Positions 58,063 through 64,000 of a stretch of DNA of 64,000 bases are shown here, in pieces. Every line of letters begins with the position of its first letter. The first letter of the stretch is position 1. A program made the position numbers and the translations under genes. The DNA is from an uncultured Planctomycetaceae bacterium (GTDB lineage Bacteria > Planctomycetota > Planctomycetia > Planctomycetales > Planctomycetaceae). Where the stretch lies: contig CAWFAK010000017.1 of NCBI GenBank assembly GCA_963813715.1, positions 704,001 through 768,000 of the forward strand, in the 5' to 3' direction. The notes under the pieces were generated by a model, which had not been told where the DNA came from, searched no databases, and saw nothing but the letters and a program-made list of their open reading frames with translations.

Positions 58063-59407
58063 ATGACGAGGAAGCGGAAGGGTTTCACGCTCATCGAGCT
58101 GCTAGTCGTGATTGCGATCATCGCGGTTCTTGATCGCGCTCTTGCTGCCGGCCGTGCAAGCGGCGCGTGAAGCGGCTCGGCGGTTGCAATGCCGCAACAA
58201 CTTGAAACAGATCGCACTGGCGGAGCACAACTACCACGACGTCCATAGCCTCCTTACGCCCCCGTGGGTGACCCTGATGCAAGGCAAGCCCGGCAAATGC
58301 GGCCCCTATAGCAAGTGCGTTTGCTGCTGGTGCTGCGGATACCACGGCTGCCACATGGACCTCAACTTTCACACATGGCTCGAGTTCCTGTTGCCATACT
58401 CCGAAGCGACCACCGTCTGGAACAAGATCTGCGAGAACGCGCCGCTCTATTCGCCCTGGACGATATGCGGCCAACCTGCCTCTAACATGTGCGGCTGTTC
58501 CGTCGGGACTGCTTGCTACACCGCAGTGTGGACTTACCCCAACTCCGGCGATTGCCAGAAAAACACGTGCAACCCGCAAGGGTGCGCATTTGACCCGTGC
58601 GCCGCGAAACGGCCGGTGGCCCAGGTGATCCCATCGTACGCTTGCCCTTCGGCCCCACGGATCTCCAACCCGTTCCGCGAACACCTCTACATGTTCGGGG
58701 CTTGCTGCGGCGCCTACGTCAAATGCCATCCCGGCCCGGCGTTTACAAATATTTATCGGCTGTCGGGCGCCGCGGATTACATGGCGGTTGACTCAATAAA
58801 AGACGCCCTGCAGACGTGGATTTGTTGCGTCGTCGACACGCCATGCACTCGCTGCAAGTGCGGGTCGCCCGGGTGCAAGAACCCCTATCCTGACGCGAAG
58901 CATAAGTCCCCGCATTGCGGAGCATTGTTCTGCTTTAGAGGCCTGGGACATAACAGCAGCTCCGGCGTGAGTATTGATCAGATTACCGACGGGACCTCGA
59001 CCACGATCCTCTGCGTGGAAAACGCCGGGAAGCCGGATCTCTGGATCCGAGGCGTGAAACACCCCACCACCTTGACTTGCCAAAGTCCGGTGTTGCTGTG
59101 CGGCTGCGGGATTGGCTACTGGAACGGCAACCCCGGCGGATGCTGGGCGTGCTGGAATAATGTGAACCACTACATCACCGGCAGCAACTTTACCGGAACG
59201 GGTCTCGCAGGTAAGAAGCAGCCCACGTGCTTCTTCAACTGCACAAACGAGAACAGTGCGAACGCCATTTACAGTTTTCACCCCGGTAGCGGCGGAGTCG
59301 CAATGTGCGACGGCTCGGCCCGCATGATCAGCGAGGACATCAACGCCGGCGTGTTTGGCAGGCTGCTCAGCTACAGGGGAGGTCAGCCGGTGATGGACAA
59401 CTTCTGA
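58063..59407 (+). CDS. Cys-rich DUF1559 prepilin-type protein, copy 4; frameshift near 58128
   Basis: [22 protein letters not shown] joined to [14 protein letters not shown]; about 38 Cys; SFHPG..CDGS. Confidence 0.9.
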
Positions 59408-59468
59408 GTCGGAGCTTCTGAGTCGGAGCAGCCTCACCTCTGGGAGGCTTTCGACCCGTGCCGAGCGG

Positions 59469-59495
59469 CACTGGCGGGCGATTGGCCCGTCAGTG
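59469..59495 (+). terminator. Conserved intergenic hairpin (second copy at 62106-62132)
   Basis: CACTGGCGGGC-(G/A)ATTG-GCCCGTCAGTG followed by T-rich sequence. Confidence 0.55.
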
Positions 59496-59564
59496 TCCTC
59501 GGTTTCTCTGTTTCGCAAACACTCTCGCTTGAATCCACTTTCCGGTCAGCACACAGGGATCGCC

Positions 59565-60116
59565 ATGATTTCGGGAAACGTTTGGAAATTGATCGGCCGG
59601 TGGTCGCTGCTGGTGCTGGTGCTCGTTGCGGCCGCGGGCTGTTCCGGAAGGCAGTCGTCTGAGTCGCGAGTCAAAAAGGCGCTCGCCGATGCGGAGGCGA
59701 AAGCCAGCGCGCTGTACCAGCTCGCCGGCACCGTGACGGTCGACGGAATGCCGCCGGAATCCAAAGAGCTGAAGTCTCTGGTCGCCGTGCTCTACGATCC
59801 GCAAAAACCCGACGAAGAGCCCGCCTTTACGCTCGTGAGAGACGACGGGCATTTCAACTTCACTGAGGACGGAGTCGAGCCCGGGCATTACGTTTTGGCT
59901 TTTGCGGTTCTCCGGAGGAATCGACGGACCTTCAACGGTCCAGACAGGCTCCACAATCTTTACAACGACCCCGACGTGAACGCCAAGGTTCACCCGGAGC
60001 TGGTCATCGACCACCAGGCGCCGGGTAAAACGGACTACCAATTCAACCTCGAGGTCGTTGGTAAAGAGCCAATCAAATCCCCGGGTCCTCACGCTGTGAC
60101 CAAGGCGGCTAGATAA
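59565..60116 (+). CDS. DUF1559-partner lipoprotein, copy 4
   Basis: AAGC lipobox; GTVTVDG.PP, GPDRLHNLYNDP, PGKTDYQFNL. Confidence 0.8.
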   Translation: MISGNVWKLIGRWSLLVLVLVAAAGCSGRQSSESRVKKALADAEAKASALYQLAGTVTVDGMPPESKELKSLVAVLYDPQKPDEEPAFTLVRDDGHFNFTEDGVEPGHYVLAFAVLRRNRRTFNGPDRLHNLYNDPDVNAKVHPELVIDHQAPGKTDYQFNLEVVGKEPIKSPGPHAVTKAAR

Positions 60117-60733
60117 AACCGTTGCGCGTCTGTTCGGGGGCAACCTGAGCGTTGCGAGTCGTGTTGGTCGGCGCATCTATTTCACGCACGCTGCGGTTGC
60201 CCACAGCCGCGTTTGTCGGAGTCTGCTGACGGCTGCGCAGGCGAATCCCCGGCATGTCCAGCGGCGGGAACGATTGCAGCTGCTTCTGCCGGCTCATCTG
60301 AGTCGCGCTCTCATTGAGTGAGTGACGCTAACGAGATGAGACGCGTTGACTGCATCGACGCCAATGCGCTCACTCGCCGTGATGCCTCGCCGCGCCACTC
60401 GAAATCGGTCCGCTGGTCTGCATCCACGTTTCGTCATTTCTCCAAATGTTTTAGGGCTCACTTGTCCACCGGAAATCGAGAAATGATTTAGAGCAGTTAT
60501 CGAAAGTGTGAAGGTCAGGCTAATTCCGGCGAAGATAAGCCCGTTTTTATGTGCGGGTTTGCTTTCACTTCCCGGTTGTTGTTGATTGACCTGGGCAAAG
60601 CGGGCGAAGGGATAAATTTTCGCACCTGCCGAGGTCTCGGACGCCGCGCCGCCTTCGACAGAGTGGGCCCTAAAACGGTTCATTTCCCAATTCACGCTGT
60701 TGAATAAGTTCTCCAGCCGTAAAGGAAGAGCCA

Positions 60734-62032
60734 ATGACGACGAGGCGGAAGGGTTTTACGCTCATCGAGCTGCTGGTCGTGATCGCGATTATCGCGGTCT
60801 TGGTCGCGCTCTTGTTGCCGGCCGTGCAATCGGCGCGCGAAGCGGCCCGGCGGATTCAATGCCGCAACAACTTAAAGCAGATCGCTTTGTCGGAGCACAA
60901 CTACCACGACGTCCATAGCCTCTTCACGCCTCCCTACATGATTGTGACGCAGGGCTCGCCGGGCAAATGCGGCGCCTACAGCAATTGCGTTTGCTGCTGG
61001 TGCTGCGGATACCATGGCCCGGCGAACTGCTTCAACTGGCATGTCTGGCTCGAATTTCTGTTGCCATTCGCCGAGGGGCAGAACGTCTGGAACAAGCTCT
61101 GCGAGAACGCCCCGCTTTACTCTCCCTGGAAGGTGTGCGGCTGCAAGGACGGTGGCTACACGGCGGCCTGGACTTATCGCAACTCCGGGGATTGCCAGAC
61201 GAACACCATCAACCCGAAACAGTGCGCGTTTGACCCGTGCGCTGCGAAACGGCCGGTGGCCGCGGTGATCCCGACGTACGTTTGTCCGTCGTGCCCGCGG
61301 ATCGCGAACCCGTTCCGCGAACACAACTACATGTTCGGGAATTGCTGCGGCGCCATTCCCTGCTGCCATCCCGGCCCCTGTTATCAGGATATCTATCGGT
61401 TGTCGGGCGCCTCGGATTACATGGCGGTTGGCGCGTTGAAACACTGCCTGCAATGTTACATCTGCTGCGTCCTCGAGACGCCAAACGAGCGCTGCAAGTG
61501 CCGCAAGCACGGCGACGGACCTAATGCTCAGTCCCAACATTGCTCGGTTTTGTTCTGCTTTAGAGGCGCGGGACACTTCGGCAGCCCCGGCGTGAGTATC
61601 GACCAGGTGACCGATGGGACCTCGACGACCATCCTCTGCGTGGAAAACGCCGGGAAGCCGGATCTTTGGATCCGGGGCGTCAAGACCCAAATGTCGAAGT
61701 GCCATGAAAGCCCCTGGTGGCTGTGCGCCTGCGGGATTGGCTACTGGGACACCAACCCTGGCGGCTGCTGGGGGTGCTGGAATAACGCGCTCCACACGAT
61801 CACCGGCAGCAACTACACCGGGACCGGGACCACGGGTGGCGCGGCGCCCACGTGCTTCTTCAACTGCACTAACGAGAACGGCGTGAATGCGCTTTACAGC
61901 TTTCATCCGGGCGCGGGCGGAGTCGCGATGTGCGACGGCTCGGCCCGGATGATCAGTGAGAACATCAGCGCCGTCGTCTTTTCCAGGCTGCTCAGTTACC
62001 ACGGCGGTCAGCCGGTGACGGACAACTTCTAA
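60734..62032 (+). CDS. Cys-rich DUF1559 prepilin-type protein, copy 5
   Basis: [10 protein letters not shown]; about 38 Cys in 432 aa; H-X9-DG. Confidence 0.92.
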   Translation: MTTRRKGFTLIELLVVIAIIAVLVALLLPAVQSAREAARRIQCRNNLKQIALSEHNYHDVHSLFTPPYMIVTQGSPGKCGAYSNCVCCWCCGYHGPANCFNWHVWLEFLLPFAEGQNVWNKLCENAPLYSPWKVCGCKDGGYTAAWTYRNSGDCQTNTINPKQCAFDPCAAKRPVAAVIPTYVCPSCPRIANPFREHNYMFGNCCGAIPCCHPGPCYQDIYRLSGASDYMAVGALKHCLQCYICCVLETPNERCKCRKHGDGPNAQSQHCSVLFCFRGAGHFGSPGVSIDQVTDGTSTTILCVENAGKPDLWIRGVKTQMSKCHESPWWLCACGIGYWDTNPGGCWGCWNNALHTITGSNYTGTGTTGGAAPTCFFNCTNENGVNALYSFHPGAGGVAMCDGSARMISENISAVVFSRLLSYHGGQPVTDNF

Positions 62033-62198
62033 TTGACAGCGGCCTCCAGGCGAATGGCTCGCTACGGTGTCGTTCCGCCTCAGGAGGCCTTTCAATGCCG
62101 AGCGGCACTGGCGGGCAATTGGCCCGTCAGTGCCTCGGCTTTTCTGTTTCGCAAACAATCACTCGCATCCCCTTTCTGGTAAGCAAACAGGGATCGCC

Positions 62199-62756
62199 AT
62201 GATTTCGAGAAACAGCTGGAAATTGGGGGGCTGGCGGTGGTCGCTGCTGTTGGTGCTTGCCGCCGCCACGGGGTGTTCCAGCCACCAGTCACCCGAGCAA
62301 AGGATCAAACTCGCGCTCGAACAGTCCGGGATGCCGGCGACCTCCCTCTATCCAATTGCCGGCACCGTGAACATCGACGGGCAGCCGCCCACATTCGACG
62401 ATCGGAGGAAGCGTCTGGTCATCACGCTTTACGATCCGCAGAAGCCCGATAAGAAGCATCTCCACACCATGGCAAGAGAAGACGGGAGCTTCAGGTTCAC
62501 GGAAGACGGGATCGGAGCCGGGCACTACGTTTTGGCGTTTGCCGTTCTACGGCGCAAAGGACCGCAGCATTTCGTCGGGCCCGACGCGCTCAACAATCTT
62601 TACAATGACCCCGATCTGAACGCGAAGAGCCACCCGGAGTTCGTCATCGACCACCAGGCACCCGGGAAAAAGGATTATGCCTTCAACCTCGATGTCGCGG
62701 GCAAAGACCCAATCACGTCCCCGGGGCCGCACGCCGTGACCGAGGCCAAACCCTGA
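62199..62756 (+). CDS. DUF1559-partner lipoprotein, copy 5
   Basis: ATGC lipobox; GPDALNNLYNDP, PGKKDYAFNL. Confidence 0.8.
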   Translation: MISRNSWKLGGWRWSLLLVLAAATGCSSHQSPEQRIKLALEQSGMPATSLYPIAGTVNIDGQPPTFDDRRKRLVITLYDPQKPDKKHLHTMAREDGSFRFTEDGIGAGHYVLAFAVLRRKGPQHFVGPDALNNLYNDPDLNAKSHPEFVIDHQAPGKKDYAFNLDVAGKDPITSPGPHAVTEAKP

Positions 62757-62834
62757 GCGTACGCGAGCCGGCCGCCGTTCGCTCTCGGTCAACTGATCGA
62801 GCCGGGTCCTCGCTCAGCAATCGAGACATTGCCG

Positions 62835-64000
62835 ATGTCCACGCAATTGAAAAACGTGAGCGTGCCGATAGCAGATGAAATTGCAGCGTCGACGTCGAAG
62901 AATCCCACGACTCGCAGCCGCTTGGCGCGCTGGCTCCGCTATGGAACGCCCTTCGCCATCTTGGCGCTCGGTGCCGCCGCCGAAGCCTACATTTTGCTCA
63001 AGAATGCGGAGGACGCCAGCGTCCAGGTGATGCTGACGTGGTACGCGGCCCCTTTGATTGTGCTCGCCCTGCTCGTCTGGTGGACGTTCCTTTCCGGATT
63101 CCGCTGGACCGTGCGGCTCACGGGCGTGGGCCTGTTTCTCCTTTCCAACATCGCCTTTCTGGGCGCGTTCCGCCTGAAGGAATTCAGCGGCAACATGGTT
63201 CCCAGCTTCGAGGGCCGCTGGCAGCGATCGGCCGAGGAAAAGGCCGCCGACTACTGGCGGGGCGAGGCCAGCGACGTAGCGGCCACAACCCCCGTCACGG
63301 AGCAGGACCGTTCCATCATTGTCGAGAAACTGATGATCGGCCCGGAAGACTGGCCTCAGTTCAATGGTCCCCACCGCGACGGCCGGGCAGACTCCGTGCG
63401 AATTCGGCCCGGCTGGGAGCCAGCGCAGCAGCGGAAACTTTCCGACTTTGATCAGCGGCCGCCGCGGCAGCTTTGGCGTCATCCCGTTGGACCGGCGTGG
63501 TCTTCGTTTGCGGTGGTCGAGGATTGTGCCTTCACGCAGGAGCAACGCGGGCCCGACGAGGCGGTCGTCTGCTACGACGCGCGCGACGGCAAACAAATCT
63601 GGGCTCATCTCGACCGAAACCAGCGATTCGACCAGGCGATGGCAGGCGTCGGGCCCCGTGCGACTCCCACGGTTTACAACTCGCGCGTCTACACCTTCGG
63701 GGCCACGGGCATTCTGAATTGCCTGGCCGCCCGTAGCGGAGCCGTGCTCTGGACGAAGAACGCCATTGAAGAGGCAGGAGTCCAACCGTTGCAGTTCGGC
63801 ATGTCGGGCTCGCCCCTGGTTTACGACAACCTGGTGGTGGTCAACCCGGGCGGCCCGCGAGGCTATCGACGGAACTCAGACGAGCGGCCGAGCGCTATCG
63901 CCTATGATCGCCTCACCGGCAAGCGGGTTTGGGCGGCCGGCGACTGCCAGGCGGCTTACGCGTCGCCCACGCTCGCGACGTTGGGAGGCGTGAAACAAGT
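62835..64000 (+). CDS. Membrane-anchored PQQ-type beta-propeller protein, runs off window end
   Basis: Own translation: about 3 TMs, then DWPQFNGPHRDG, WSSFAVV, GKQIW, GPRATPTV, GSPLV, AYASP. Confidence 0.85.
   Translation, partial: MSTQLKNVSVPIADEIAASTSKNPTTRSRLARWLRYGTPFAILALGAAAEAYILLKNAEDASVQVMLTWYAAPLIVLALLVWWTFLSGFRWTVRLTGVGLFLLSNIAFLGAFRLKEFSGNMVPSFEGRWQRSAEEKAADYWRGEASDVAATTPVTEQDRSIIVEKLMIGPEDWPQFNGPHRDGRADSVRIRPGWEPAQQRKLSDFDQRPPRQLWRHPVGPAWSSFAVVEDCAFTQEQRGPDEAVVCYDARDGKQIWAHLDRNQRFDQAMAGVGPRATPTVYNSRVYTFGATGILNCLAARSGAVLWTKNAIEEAGVQPLQFGMSGSPLVYDNLVVVNPGGPRGYRRNSDERPSAIAYDRLTGKRVWAAGDCQAAYASPTLATLGGVKQ

Larger units (their letters stand above)
57690..60116. repeat. Diverged tandem duplication unit C (upstream block + DUF1559 + lipoprotein)
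   Basis: Homologous to 60350-62756, e.g. CAGTTATCGAAAGTGTGAA-GTC-GGCTAATTCCGGCGAA at 57831 and 60494. Confidence 0.8.
60350..62756. repeat. Diverged tandem duplication unit D
   Basis: Paralog of 57690-60116. Confidence 0.8.

Noticed and set aside
59401..59428. 14-bp tandem repeat CTTCTGAGTCGGAG x2 at the DUF1559 stop
   Set aside because: Adjacent copies with nothing between them; a local slippage duplication, not a target-site duplication around an element.
58063..62032. RiPP precursors (Cys clusters)
   Set aside because: The Cys clusters sit inside full-length DUF1559 proteins and no radical SAM, YcaO or lanthionine enzyme is nearby.

Overview
High-GC chromosomal window, very probably from a planctomycete, judging by six DUF1559 prepilin-like genes, Zn-ribbon membrane proteins and a PQQ-propeller gene. 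Many single-base frameshifts split otherwise intact genes and look like uncorrected long-read errors. Contents in order: a polyamine operon (speD, DUF4178, DUF350, speE); hydrolase, ABC and MFS genes; three tandem cassettes of a very Cys-rich DUF1559 gene plus partner lipoprotein, each behind a conserved TTGACA-17-TYTKAT promoter and CRP-like box; XRE/GNAT/VOC/AraC genes; a small island bounded by an unexplained ~205-bp repeat and carrying an Rx4H (HEPN-like) protein and an anti-TRAP-like Zn finger; peptidases; a putative surface-glycosylation cluster (three TMTC-like TPR proteins, a GT-C protein, YfhO-like, DUF1573, a Ser/Thr-rich DUF1559) interleaved with pstSCA and an atypical PhoB-like regulator; a two-component locus with a truncated TolC gene; BlaI plus a large M56 protein; and two more Cys-rich DUF1559-lipoprotein cassettes. 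I saw no rRNA, tRNA, CRISPR array, transposase or integrase. Family names come from motif recognition, not database searches.
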